Shown: positions 1-15,340 of the stretch, piece by piece
Position numbering within the stretch: the stretch's first letter is position 1
Layout of the letters: every line of letters begins with the position of its first letter
Origin: Eledone cirrhosa
Taxonomy: Eukaryota
Assembly: GCA_964016885.1 (NCBI GenBank)
Contig: OZ024741.1
Location: forward strand, 32,550,001 to 32,614,000
Direction of reading: 5' to 3'
Length of the DNA: 64,000 bases
The notes under the pieces: generated by a model
Seen by the model: only the letters and a program-made list of their open reading frames with translations
The model's database searches: none
Told to the model about the DNA's origin: nothing
Translations under genes and position numbers: made by a program

Positions 1-3000
1 GCCTACATATCTCAGATGTTATACAACATGGCTGTATAATTTTTTGTATTTATTCCATATGTAATAAGCCTACATTTCGCAGTTGTTATACAGCATGGCT
101 GTATAATATTTGTATTTATTCAAGATGTAATAAGCCTACATATCTCAAATGTCATACAACATGGCTGTATAATATTTGTATTTATTCCAGATGTAATAAG
201 CCTACATATCTCAGTTGTTATACAACATGTCTGTATAATATTTGTATTTATTCCAGATGTAATAAGCCTACATATCTCAGTTGTTATACAACATGGCTGT
301 ATAATATTTGTATTTATTCCAGATGTAATATGCCTACATATCTCAGTTGTTATACAACATGGCTGTAAAATATTTGTATTTATTCCAGATGTAATAAACC
401 TACATGTCTCAGTTGTTATACAACATGTCTGTATAATATCTGTATTTATTCCAGATGTAATAAGCCTACATATCTCAGTTGTTATACAACATGGCTGTAT
501 AATATTTGTATTTATTCCAGATGTAATATGCCTACATATCTCAGTTGTTATACAACATGGCTGTATAATAGTTGTATTTATTCCAGATGTAATAAGCCTA
601 CATATCTCAGTTGTTATGCAACATGGCTGTATAACATTTGTATTTATTCCAGATGTAATAAGCCTACATATCTCAGATGTTATACAACATGGCTGTATAA
701 TATTTGTATTTATTCCAGATGTAATAAGCCTACATTTCGCAGTTGTTATACAGCATGGCTGTATAATATTTGTATTTATTCCAGATGTAATAAGCCTACA
801 TATCTCAGATGTTATACAACATGGCTGTATAATATTTGTATTTATTCCATATGTAATAAGCCTACATTTCGCAGTTGTTATACAGCATGGCTGTATAATA
901 TTTGTATTTATTCAAGATGTAATAAGCCTACATATCTCAATTGTCATACAACATGGCTGTATAATATTTGTATTTATTCCAGATGTAATAAGCCTACATA
1001 TCTCAGTTGTTATACAACATGGCTGTAGACTATTTGTATTTATTCCAGATGTAATAAGCCTACATATCTCAGATGTTATACAACATGGCTGTATAATATT
1101 TGTATTTATTCCAGATGTAATAAGCCTACATATCTCAGATGTTATACAACATGGCTGTATAATATTTGTATTTATTCCAGATCTAATAAGCCTACATATC
1201 TCAGTTTTTATACAACATGGCTGTATAATATTTGTACTTATTGCAGATGTAATAAGCCTACATATCTCAGATGTTATACAACATGGCTGTATACTATTTG
1301 TATTTATTCCAGATGTAATAAGCCTACATATCTCAGATGTTATACAACATGGCTGTATAATATTTGTATTTATTCCAGATGTAATATGCCTACATATCTC
1401 AGTTGTTATACAACATGGCTGTATAATATTTGTATTTATTCCAGATGTAATAAGCCTACATATCTCAGTTGTTATACAACATGGCTGTATAATATTTGTA
1501 TTTATTCCAGATGTAATAAGCCTACATATCTCAGTTTTTATACAACATGGCTGTATAATATTTGTAATTATTGCAGATGTAATAAGCCTACATATCTCAG
1601 ATGTTATACAACATGGCTGTATAATATTTGTATTTATTCCAGATGTAATAAGCCTACTTATCTCAGTTGTTATACAACATGGCTGTATAATATTTGTATT
1701 TATTCCAGATGTAATAAGCCTACATATCACAGATGTTATACAACATGGCTGTATACTATTTGTATTTATTCCAGATGTAATAAGCCTACAAATCTCAGAT
1801 GTTATACAACATGGCTGTATAATATTTGTATTTATTCCAGATGTAATAAGCCTACATATCTCAGATGTTATACAACATGGCTGTATCATATTTGTTTTTA
1901 TTCCAGATGTAATAAGCCTACATATCTCAGATGTTATACAACATGGCTGTATACTATCTGTATTTATTCCAGATGTAATAAGCCTACATATCTCAGATGT
2001 TATACAACATGGCTGTATAATATTTGTATTTATTCCATATGTAATAAGCCTACATTTCGAAGTTGTTATACAGCATGGCTGTATAATATTTGTACTTATT
2101 CCAGATGTAATAAGCCTACATATCTCAGATGTTATACAGCATGGCTGTATAATATTTGTATTTATTCCAGATGTAATAAGCCTACATTTCGCAGTTGTTA
2201 TACAGCATGGCTGCATAATATTTGCATTTATTCAAGATGTAATAAGCCTACATATCTCAATTGTCATACAACATGGCTGTATAATATTTGTATTTATTCC
2301 AGATGTAATAAGCCTACATATCTCAGATGTTATACAACATGGCTGTATACTATTTGTATTTATTCCAGATGTAATAAGCCTACATATCTCAGATGTTATA
2401 CAACATGGCTGTATCATATTTGTTTTTATTCCAGAATTAATAAGCCTACATATCTCAGATGTTATACAACATGGCTGTATACTATTTGTATTTATTCCAG
2501 ATGTAATAAGCCTACATATCTCAGATGTTATACAACATGGCTGTATAATATTTGTATTTATTCTATATGTAATAAGCCTACATTTCGAAGTTGTTATACA
2601 GCATGGCTGTATAATATTTGTATTTATTCCAGATGTAATAAGCCTACATATCTCAGATGTTATACAACATGGCTGTATAATATTTGTATTTATTCCAGAT
2701 GTAATAAGCCTACATTTCGCAGTTGTTATACAGCATGGCTGTATAATATTTGCATTTATTCAAGATGTAATAAGCCTACATATCTCAATTGTCATACAAC
2801 ATGGCTGTATAATATTTGTATTTATTCCAGATGTAATAAGCCTACATATCTCAGATGTTATACATCATGGCTGTATACTATTTGTATTTATTCCAGATGT
2901 AATAAGCCTACATATCTCAGATCTTATACAACATGGCTGTATCATATTTGTAATTATTCCAGATGTAATAAGCCTACATATCTCAGTTGTTATACAACAT

Positions 3001-4189
3001 GGCTGTATAATATTTGTATTTATTGCAGATGTAATAAGCCTACATATCTCAGTTGTTATACAACATGGCTGTATAATATTTGTATTTATTCCAGATGTAA
3101 TAAGCCTACATATCTCAGTTGTTATACAACATGGCTGTATAATATTTGTATTTATTCCAGATGTAATAAGCCTACATATCTCAGTTTTTATGCAACATGG
3201 CTGTATAATATTTGTAATTATTGCAGATGTAATAAGCCTACATATCTCAGTTGTTATACAACATGGCTGTATAATATTTGTATTTATTCCAGATGTAATA
3301 AGCCTACATATCTCAGTTGTTATACAACATGGCTGTATAATAGTTGTATTTATTCCAGATGTAATAAGCCTACATATCTCAGATGTTATACAACATGGCT
3401 GTATACTATTTGTATTTATTCCATATGTAATAAGCCTACATATCTCAGATGTTATACAACATGGTTGTATGATATTTGTATTTATTCCAGATGTAATAAG
3501 CCTACATATCTCAGATGTTATACAACATGGCTGTATCATATTTGTTTTTATTCCAGATGTAATAAGCCTACATATCTCAGATGTTATACAACATGGCTGT
3601 ATACTATCTGTATTTATTCCAGATGTAATAAGCCTACATATCTCAGATGTTATACAACATGGCTGTATAATATTTGTATTTATTCCAGATGTAATAAGCC
3701 TACATTTCGAAGTTGTTATACAGCATGGCTGTATAATATTTGTACTTATTCCAGATGTAATAAGCCTACATATCTCAGATGTTATACAACATGGCTGTAT
3801 AATATTTGTATTTATTCCAGATGTAATAAGCCTACATATCTCAGATGTTATACAACATGGCTGTATCATATTTGTTTTTATTCCAGAATTAATAAGCCTA
3901 CATATCTCAGATGTTATACAACATTGCTGTATACTATTTGTATTTATTCCAGATGTAATAAGCCTACATATCTCAGATGTTATACAACATGGCTGTATAA
4001 TATTTGTATTTAATCTATATGTAATAAGCCTACATTTCGAAGTTGTTATACAGCATGGCTGTATAATATTTGTATTTATTCCAGATGTAATAAGCCTACA
4101 TATCTCAGATGTTATACAACATGGCTGTATCATATTTGTAATTATTCCAGATGTAATAAGCCTACATATCTCAGTTGTTATACAACTTG

Positions 4190-5900
4190 GCTGTATAATA
4201 TTTGTATTTATTGCAGATGTAATAAGCCTACATATCTCAGTTGTTATACAACATGGCTGTATAATATTTGTATTTATTCCAGATGTAATAAGCCTACATA
4301 TCTCAGTTGTTATACAACATGGCTGTATAATATTTGTATTTATTCCAGATGTAATAAGCCTACATATCTCAGTTTTTATACAACATGGCTGTATAATATT
4401 TGTAATTATTGCAGATGTAATAAGCCTACATAGCTCAGTTGTTATACAACATGGCTGTATAATATTTGTATTTATTCCAGATGTAATAAGCCTACATATC
4501 TCAGTTGTTATACAACATGGCTGTATAATATTTGTATTTATTCCAGATGTAATAAGCCTACATATCTCAGATGTTATACAACATGGCTGTATAATATTTG
4601 TATTTATTCCAGATGTAATAAGCCTACATATCTCAGATGTTATACAACATGGCTGTATCATATTTGTATTTATTCCAGATGTAATAAGCCTACATATCTC
4701 AGATGTTATACAACATGGCTGTATACTATTTGTATTTATTCCAGATGTAATAAGCCAACATATCTCAGATGTTATACAACATGGCTGTATCATATTTGAA
4801 TTTATTCCAGATGTAATAAGCCTACATATCTCAGTTGTTATACAACATGGCTGTATAATATTTGTATTTATTGCAGATGTAATAAGCCTACATATCTCAG
4901 TTGTTATACAACATGGCTGTATAATATTTGTATTTATTCCAGATGTAATAAGCCTACATATCTCAGTTGTTATACAACATGGCTGTATAATATTTGTATT
5001 TATTCCAGATGTAATAAGCCTACATATCTCAGTTTTTATACAACATGGCTGTATTATATTTGTAATTATTGCAGATGTAATAAGCCTACATATCTCAGGT
5101 GTTATACAACATGGCTGTATAATATTTGTATTTATTCCAGATGTAATAAGCCTACATATCTCAGTTGTTATACAACATGGCTGTATAATATTTGTATTTA
5201 TTCCAGATGTAATAAGCCTACATATCTCAGATGTTATACAACATGGCTGTATAATATTTGTATTTATTCCAGATGTAATAAGCCTACATATCTCAGATGT
5301 TATACAACATGGCTGTATCATATTTGTATTTATTCCAGATGTAATAAGCCTACATATCTCAGATGTTATACAACATGGCTGTATACTATTTGTATTTATT
5401 CCAGATGTAATAAGCCTACATATCTCAGATGTTATACAACATGGCTGTATCATATTTGAATTTATTCCAGATGTAATAAGCCTACATATCTCAGTTGTTA
5501 TACAACATGGCTGTATAATATTTGTATTTATTGCAGATGTAATAAGCCTACATATCTCAGTTGTTATACAACATGGCTGTATAATATTTGTATTTATTCC
5601 AGATGTAATAAGCCTACATATCTCAGTTGTTATACAACATGGCTGTATAATATTTGTATTTATTCCAGATGTAATAAGCCTACATATCTCAGTTTTTATA
5701 CAACATGGCTGTATAATATTTGTAATTATTGCAGATGTAATAAGCCTACATATCTCAGTTGTTATACAACATGTCTGTATAATATTTGTATTTATTCCAG
5801 ATGTAATAAGCCTACATATCTCAGTTGTTATACAACATGGCTGTATAATATTTGTATTTATTCCAGATGTAATAAGCCTACATATCTCAGATGTTATACA
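4190..5900. repeat. 10-monomer (660 bp) higher-order repeat, about 2.5 copies
   Basis: Variants recur at 660-bp spacing: TTGCAG in lines 4201/4861/5521, GTAATTATTGCAG near 4402/5062/5722, CATATTTGAA at 4791/5451. Boundaries are approximate. Confidence 0.8.
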
Positions 5901-8900
5901 ACATGGCTGTACACTATTTGTATTTATTCCAGATGTAATAAGCCTACATATCTCAGATGTTATACAACATGGCTGTATAATATTTGTATTTATTCCAGAT
6001 GTAATAAGCCTACATATCCCAGATGTTATACAACATGGCTGTATAATATTTGTATTTATTCCAGATGTAATAAGCCTACATATCTCAGTTTTTATACAAC
6101 ATGGCTGTATAATATTTGTATTTATTGCAGATGTAATAAGCCTACAAATCTCAGATGTTATACAACATGGCTGTATACTATTTGTATTTATTCCAGATGT
6201 AATAAGCCTACATATCTCAGATGTTATACAACATGGCTGTATAATATTTGTATTTATTCCAGATGTAATAAGACTACATATCTCAGATGTTATACAACAT
6301 GGCTGTATAATATTTGTATTTATTCCAGATGTAATAAGCCTACATATCTCAGTTTTTATACAACATGGCTGTATAATATTTGTAATTATTGCAGATGTAA
6401 TAAGCCTACATATCTCAGTTGTTATACAACATGGCTGTATAATATTTCTATTTATTCCAGATGTAATAAGCCTACATATCTCAGTTGTTATACAACATGG
6501 CTGTATAATATTTGTATTTATTCCAGATGTAATAAGCCTACATATCTCAGATGTTATACAACATGGCTGTATACTATTTGTATTTATTCCAGATGTAATA
6601 AGCCTACATATCTCAGATGTTATACAACATGGTTGTATGATATTTGTATTTATTCCAGATGTAATAAGCCTACATATCTCAGATGTTATACAACATGGCT
6701 GTATCATATTTGTTTTTATTCCAGATGTAATAAGCCTACATATCTCAGATGTTATACAACATGGCTGTATACTATCTGTATTTATTCCAGATGTAATAAG
6801 CCTACATATCTCAGATGTTATACAACATGGCTGTATAATATTTGTATTTATTCCAGATGTAATAAGCCTACATTTCGAAGTTGTTATACAGCATGGCTGT
6901 ATAATATTTGTACTTATTCCAGATGTAATAAGCCTACATATCTCAGATGTTATACAACATGGCTGTATAATATTTGTATTTATTCCAGATGTAATAAGCC
7001 TACATATCTCAGATGTTATACAACATGGCTGTATCATATTTGTTTTTATTCCAGAATTAATAAGCCTACATATCTCAGATGTTATACAACATTGCTGTAT
7101 ACTATTTGTATTTATTCCAGATGTAATAAGCCTACATATCTCAGATGTTATACAACATGGCTGTATAATATTTGTATTTATTCTATATGTAATAAGCCTA
7201 CATTTCGAAGTTGTTATACAGCATGGCTGTATAATATTTGTATTTATTCCAGATGTAATAAGCCTACATATCTCAGATGTTATACAACATGGCTGTATAA
7301 TATTTGTATTTATTCCAGATGTAATAAGCCTACATTTCGCAGTTGTTATACAGCATGGCTGTATAATATTTGCATTTATTCAAGATGTAATAAGCCTACA
7401 TATCTCAATTGTCATACAACATGGCTGTATAATATTTGTATTTATTCCAGATGTAATAAGCCTACATATCTCAGATGTTATACAACATGGCTGTATACTA
7501 TTTGTATTTATTCCAGATGTAATAAGCCTACATATCTCAGATGTTATACAACATGGCTGTATAATATTTATATTTATTGCAGATGTAATAAGCCTACATA
7601 TCTCAGATGTTATACAACATGGCTGTATCATATTTGTAATTATTCCAGATGTAATAAGCCTACATATCTCAGTTGTTATACAACTTGGCTGTATAATATT
7701 TGTATTTATTGCAGATGTAATAAGCCTACATATCTCAGTTGTTATACAACATGGCTGTATAATATTTGTATTTATTCCAGATGTAATAAGCCTACATATC
7801 TCAGGTGTTATACAACATGGCTGTATAATATTTGTATTTATTCCAGATGTAATAAGCCTACATATCTCAGTTTTTATACAACATGGCTGTATAATATTTG
7901 TAATTATTGCAGATGTAATAAGCCTACATATCTCAGTTGTTATACAACATGGCTGTACAATATTTGTATTTATTCCAGATTTAATAAGCCTACATATCTC
8001 AGTTGTTATACAACATGGCTGTATAATATTTGTATTTATTCCAGATGTAATAAGCCTACATATCTCAGATGTTATACAACATGGCTGTATAATATTTGTA
8101 TTTATTCCAGATGTAATAAGCCTACATATCTCAGATGTTATACAACATGGCTGTATCATATTTGTATTTATTCCAGATGTAATAAGCCTACATATCTCAG
8201 ATGTTATACAACATGGCTGTATACTATTTGTATTTATTCCAGATGTAATAAGCCAACATATCTCAGATGTTATACAACATGGCTGTATCATATTTGAATT
8301 TATTCCAGATGTAATAAGCCTACATATCTCAGTTGTTATACAACATGGCTGTATAATATTTGTATTTATTGCAGATGTAATAAGCCTACATATCTCAGTT
8401 GTTATACAACATGGCTGTATAATATTTGTATTTATTCCAGATGTAATAAGCCTACATATCTCAGTTGTTATACAACATGGCTGTATAATATTTGTATTTA
8501 TTCCAGATGTAATAAGCCTACATATCTCAGTTTTTATACAACATGGCTGTATAATATTTGTAATTATTGCAGATGTAATAAGCCTACATATCTCAGTTGT
8601 TATACAACATGGCTGTATAATATTTGTATTTATTCCAGATGTAATAAGCCTACATATCTCAGTTGTTATACAACATGGCTGTATAATATTTGTATTTATT
8701 CCAGATGTAATAAGCCTACATATCTCAGATGTTATACAACATGGCTGTACACTATTTGTATTTATTCCAGATGTAATAAGCCTACATATCTCAGATGTTA
8801 TACAACATGGCTGTATAATATTTGTATTTATTCCAGATGTAATAAGCCTACATATCTCAGATGTTATACAACATGGCTGTATAATATTTGTATTTATTCC

Positions 8901-10285
8901 AGATGTAATAAGCCTACATATCTCAGTTTTTATACAACATGGCTGTATAATATTTGTATTTATTGCAGATGTAATAAGCCTACAAATCTCAGATGTTATA
9001 CAACATGGCTGTATACTATTTGTATTTATTCCAGATGTAATAAGCCTACATATCTCAGATGTTATACAACATGTCTGTATAATATTTGTATTTATTCCAG
9101 ATGTAATAAGCCTACATATCTCAGTTGTTATACAACATGGCTGTATAATATTTGTATTTATTCCAGATGTAATAAGCCTACATATCTCAGTTGTTATACA
9201 ACATGGCTGTATAATATTTGTATTTATTCCAGATGTAATAAGCCTACATATCTCAGTTTTTATACAACATGGCTGTATAATATTTGTAATTATTGCAGAT
9301 GTAATAAGCCTACATATCTCAGGTGTTATACAACATGGCTGTATAATATTTGTATTTATTCCAGATGTAATAAGCCTACATATCTCAGATGTTATACAAC
9401 ATGGCTGTATCATATTTGTATTTATTCCAGATGTAATAAGCCTACATATCTCAGATGTTATACAACATGGCTGTATACTATTTGTATTTATTCCAGATGT
9501 AATAAGCCTATATATCTCAGATGTTATACAACATGGCTGTTTCATATTTGAATTTATTCCAGATGTAATAAGCCTACATATCTCAGTTGTTATACAACAT
9601 GGCTGTATAATATTTGTATTTATTGCAGATGTAATAAGCCTACATATCTCAGTTGTTATACAACATGGCTGTATAATATTTGTATTTATTCCAGATGTAA
9701 TAAGCCTACATATCTCAGTTGTTATACAACATGGCTGTATAATATTTGTATTTATTCCAGATGTAATAAGCCTACATATCTCAGTTTTTATACAACATGG
9801 CTGTATAATATTTGTAATTATTGCAGATGTAATAAGCCTACATATCTCAGTTGTTATACAACATGTCTGTATAATATTTGTATTTATTCCAGATGTAATA
9901 AGCCTACATATCTCAGTTGTTATACAACATGGCTGTATAATATTTGTATTTATTCCAGATGTAATAAGCCTACATATCTCAGATGTTATACAACATGGCT
10001 GTACACTATTTGTATTTATTCCAGATGTAATAAGCCTACATATCTCAGATGTTATACAACATGGCTGTATAATATTTGTATTTATTCCAGATGTAATAAG
10101 CCTACATATCCCAGATGTTATACAACATGGCTGTATAATATTTGTATTTATTCCAGATGTAATAAGCCTACATATCTCAGTTTTTATACAACATGGCTGT
10201 ATAATATTTGTATTTATTGCAGATGTAATAAGCCTACAAATCTCAGATGTTATACAACATGGCTGTATACTATTTGTATTTATTC

Positions 10286-13200
10286 CAGATGTAATAAGCC
10301 TACATATCTCAGATGTTATACAACATGGCTGTATAATATTTGTATATATTCCAGATGTAATAAGACTACATATCTCAGATGTTATACAACATGGCTGTAT
10401 AATATTTGTATTTATTCCAGATGTAATAAGCCTACATATCTCAGTTGTTATACAACATGTCTGTATAATATTTGTATTTATTCCAGATGTAATAAGCCTA
10501 CATTTCGCAGTTGTTATACAGCATGGCTGTATACTATTTGTATTTATTCCAGATGTAATAAGCCTACATATCTCAGATGTTAAACAACATGGCTGTATAA
10601 TATTTGTTTTTATTCCAGATGTAATAAGCCTACATTTCGCAGTTGTTATACAACATGGCTGTATAATATTTGTATTTATTCCAGATGTAATAAGCCTACA
10701 TATCTCAGTTTTTATACAACATGGCTGTATAATATTTGTAATTATTGCAGACGTAATAAGCCTACATATCTCAGTTGTTATACAACATGGCTGTATAATA
10801 TTTGTATTTATTCCAGATGTAATAAGCCTACATATCTCAGTTGTTATACAACATGGCTGTATAATATTTGTATTTATTCCAGATGTAATAAGCCTACATA
10901 TCTCAGATGTTATACAACATGGCTGTACACTATTTGTATTTATTCCAGATGTAATAAGCCTACATATCTCAGATGTTATACAACATGGCTGTATAATATT
11001 TGTATTTATTCCAGATGTAATAAGCCTACATATCTCAGATGTTATACAACATGGCTGTATAATATTTGTAATTATTCCAGATATAATAAGCCTACATATC
11101 TCAGTTGTTATACAGCATGGCTGTATAATATTTGTATTTATTCCAGATGTAATAAGCCTACATATCTCAGTTGTTATACAACAAGGCTGTATAATATTTT
11201 TATTTATTCCAGATGTAATAAGCCTACATATCTCAGATGTTATACAACATGGCTGTATAATATTTGTAATTATTCCAGATATAATAAGCCTACATATCTC
11301 AGATGTTATACAACATGGCTGTATAATATTTGTATTTATTCCAGATGTAATAAGACTACATATCTCAGATGTTATACAACATGGCTGTATAATATTTGTA
11401 TTTATTCCAGATGTAATAAGCCTACATATCTCAGTTGTTATACAACATGTCTGTATAATATTTGTATTTATTCCAGATGTAATAAGCCTACATATCTCAG
11501 TTGTTATACAACATGGCTGTATAATATTTGTATTTATTCCAGATGTAATAAGCCTACATTTCGCAGTTGTTATACAGCATGGCTGTATACTATTTGTATT
11601 TATTCCAGATGTAATAAGCCTACATATCTCAGATGTTAAACAACATGGCTGTATAATATTTGTATTTATTCCAGATGTAATAAGCCTACATTTCGCAGTT
11701 GTTATACAACATGGCTGTATAATATTTGTATTTATTCCAGATGTAATAAGCCTACATATCTCAGTTTTTATACAACATGGCTGTATAATATTTGTAATTA
11801 TTGCAGATGTAATAAGCCTACATATCTCAGTTGTTATACAACATGGCTGTATAATATTTGTATTTATTCCAGATGTAATAAGCCTACATATCTCAGTTGT
11901 TATACAACATGGCTGTATAATATTTGTATTTATTCCAGATGTAATAAGCCTACATATCTCAGATGTTATACAACATGGCTGTACACTATTTATATTTATT
12001 CCAGATGTAATAAGCCTACATATCTCAGATGTTATACAACATGGCTGTATAATATTTGTATATATTCCAGATGTAATAAGCCTACATATCTCAGATGTTA
12101 TACAACATGGCTGTATGATATTTGTAATTATTCCAGATATAATAAGCCTACATATCTCAGTTGTTATACAACATGGCTGTATAATATTTGTATTTATTCC
12201 AGATGTAATAAGCCTACATATCTCAGTTGTTATACAACAAGGCTGTATAATATTTTTATTTATTCCAGATGTAATAAGCCTACATGTCTCAGTTGTTATA
12301 CAACATGGCTGTATAATATTTGTATTTATTCCAGATGTAATAAGCCTACATATCTCAGTTTTTATACAACATGGCTGTATAATATTTGTATTTATTCCAG
12401 ATGTAATAAGCCTACATATCTCAGTTGTTATACAACAAGGCTGTATAATATTTGTATTTATTCCAGATGTAATAAGACTACATATCTCAGTTGTTATACA
12501 ACATGGCTGTATAATATTTATATTTATTCCAGATGTAATACGCCTACACATCTCAGATGTTATACAACATGGCTGTATAATATTTGTATTTATTCCAGAT
12601 CTAATAAGCCTACATATCTCAGATGTTATACAACATGGCTGTATAATATTTTTATTTATTCCAGATGTAATAACCCTACATTTCCCAGTTGTTATACAGC
12701 ATGGCTGTATAATATTTGTGTTTATTCCAGATGTAATAAGCCTACATATCTCAGGTGTTATACAACATGGCTGTATAATATTTGTATTTATTGCAGATGT
12801 AATAAGCCTACATATCTCAGATGTTATACAACATGGCTGTATAATATTTGTATATATTCCAGATGTAATAAGACTACATATCTCAGATGTTATACAACAT
12901 GGCTGTATAATATTTGTATTTATTCCAGATGTAATAAGCCTACATATCTCAGTTGTTATACAACATGTCTGTATAATATTTGTATTTATTCCAGATGTAA
13001 TAAGCCTACATTTCGCAGTTGTTATACAGCATGGCTGTATACTATTTGTATTTATTCCAGATGTAATAAGCCTACATATCTCAGATGTTAAACAACATGG
13101 CTGTATAATATTTGTTTTTATTCCAGATGTAATAAGCCTACATTTCGCAGTTGTTATACAACATGGCTGTATAATATTTGTATTTATTCCAGATGTAATA

Positions 13201-15340
13201 AGCCTACATATCTCAGTTTTTATACAACATGGCTGTATAATATTTGTAATTATTGCAGACGTAATAAGCCTACATATCTCAGTTGTTATACATCATGGCT
13301 GTATAATATTTGTATTTATTCCAGATGTAATAAGCCTACATATCTCAGTTGTTATACAACATGGCTGTATAATATTTGTATTTATTCCAGATGTAATAAG
13401 CCTACATATCTCAGATGTTATACAACATGGCTGTACACTATTTGTATTTATTCCAGATGTAATAAGCCTACATATCTCAGATGTTATACAACATGGCTGT
13501 ATAATATTTGTATTTATTCCAGATGTAATAAGCCTACATATCTCAGATGTTATACAACATGGCTGTATAATATTTGTAATTATTCCAGATATAATAAGCC
13601 TACATATCTCAGTTGTTATACAGCATGGCTGTATAATATTTGTATTTATTCCAGATGTAATAAGCCTACATATCTCAGTTGTTATACAACAAGGCTGTAT
13701 AATATTTTTATTTATTCCAGATGTAATAAGCCTACATATCTCAGATGTTATACAACATGGCTGTATAATATTTGTAATTATTCCAGATATAATAAGCCTA
13801 CATATCTCAGATGTTATACAACATGGCTGTATAATATTTGTATTTATTCCAGATGTAATAAGACTACATATCTCAGATGTTATACAACATGGCTGTATAA
13901 TATTTGTATTTATTCCAGATGTAATAAGCCTACATATCTCAGTTGTTATACAACATGTCTGTATAATATTTGTATTTATTCCAGATGTAATAAGCCTACA
14001 TATCTCAGTTGTTATACAACATGGCTGTATAATATTTGTATTTATTCCAGATGTAATAAGCCTACATTTCGCAGTTGTTATACAGCATGGCTGTATACTA
14101 TTTGTATTTATTCCAGATGTAATAAGCCTACATATCTCAGATGTTAAACAACATGGCTGTATAATATTTGTATTTATTCCAGATGTAATAAGCCTACATT
14201 TCGCAGTTGTTATACAACATGGCTGTATAATATTTGTATTTATTCCAGATGTAATAAGCCTACATATCTCAGTTTTTATACAACATGGCTGTATAATATT
14301 TGTAATTATTGCAGATGTAATAAGCCTACATATCTCAGTTGTTATACAACATGGCTGTATAATATTTGTATTTATTCCAGATGTAATAAGCCTACATATC
14401 TCAGTTGTTATACAACATGGCTGTATAATATTTGTATTTATTCCAGATGTAATAAGCCTACATATCTCAGATGTTATACAACATGGCTGTACACTATTTA
14501 TATTTATTCCAGATGTAATAAGCCTACATATCTCAGATGTTATACAACATGGCTGTATAATATTTGTATATATTCCAGATGTAATAAGCCTACATATCTC
14601 AGATGTTATACAACATGGCTGTATGATATTTGTAATTATTCCAGATATAATAAGCCTACATATCTCAGTTGTTATACAACATGGCTGTATAATATTTGTA
14701 TTTATTCCAGATGTAATAAGCCTACATATCTCAGTTGTTATACAACAAGGCTGTATAATATTTTTATTTATTCCAGATGTAATAAGCCTACATGTCTCAG
14801 TTGTTATACAACATGGCTGTATAATATTTGTATTTATTCCAGATGTAATAAGCCTACATATCTCAGTTTTTATACAACATGGCTGTATAATATTTGTATT
14901 TATTCCAGATGTAATAAGCCTACATATCTCAGTTGTTATACAACAAGGCTGTATAATATTTGTATTTATTCCAGATGTAATAAGACTACATATCTCAGTT
15001 GTTATACAACATGGCTGTATAATATTTATATTTATTCCAGATGTAATACGCCTACACATCTCAGATGTTATACAACATGGCTGTATAATATTTGTATTTA
15101 TTCCAGATCTAATAAGCCTACATATCTCAGATGTTATACAACATGGCTGTATAATATTTTTATTTATTCCAGATGTAATAACCCTACATTTCCCAGTTGT
15201 TATACAGCATGGCTGTATAATATTTGTGTTTATTCCAGATGTAATAAGCCTACATATCTCAGGTGTTATACAACATGGCTGTATAATATTTGTATTTATT
15301 GCAGATGTAATAAGCCTACATATCTCAGATGTTATACAAC
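10286..15340. repeat. Tandem duplication of a 38-monomer block (offset 2508 bp)
   Basis: Rare variants pair at +2508: GTATATATT 10342/12850, CGCCTACACA 12541/15049, minus-strand ORF ends 12551/15059. One visible difference (CATCAT at 13291 vs CAACAT at 10783). Flanking mismatches at 10285/12793 and 12833/15341. Confidence 0.92.

Noticed and set aside
76-92. CENP-B box in the TTTCGCAG variant
   Set aside because: Only TTCG matches; the required A and CGGG of TTCGNNNNANNCGGG are absent.
696-701. TATAAT in every monomer as a sigma70 -10 box
   Set aside because: The -35 position at 17-bp spacing reads TCAGAT/TCAGTT, there is no TGn extension and no downstream gene. Such a match is expected in sequence that is about 71% AT.
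693-708. LexA/SOS box (CTGT-N8-ACAG)
   Set aside because: Only the CTGTAT half-site is present. In the dyad the half-sites are in the opposite order (ACAG...CTGT) with different spacing.
674-712. Rho-independent terminator, attC site or tRNA-like element from the hairpin
   Set aside because: The stem is AT-rich with no clean U-tract and no upstream gene. There are no cassettes between repeats and no cloverleaf.
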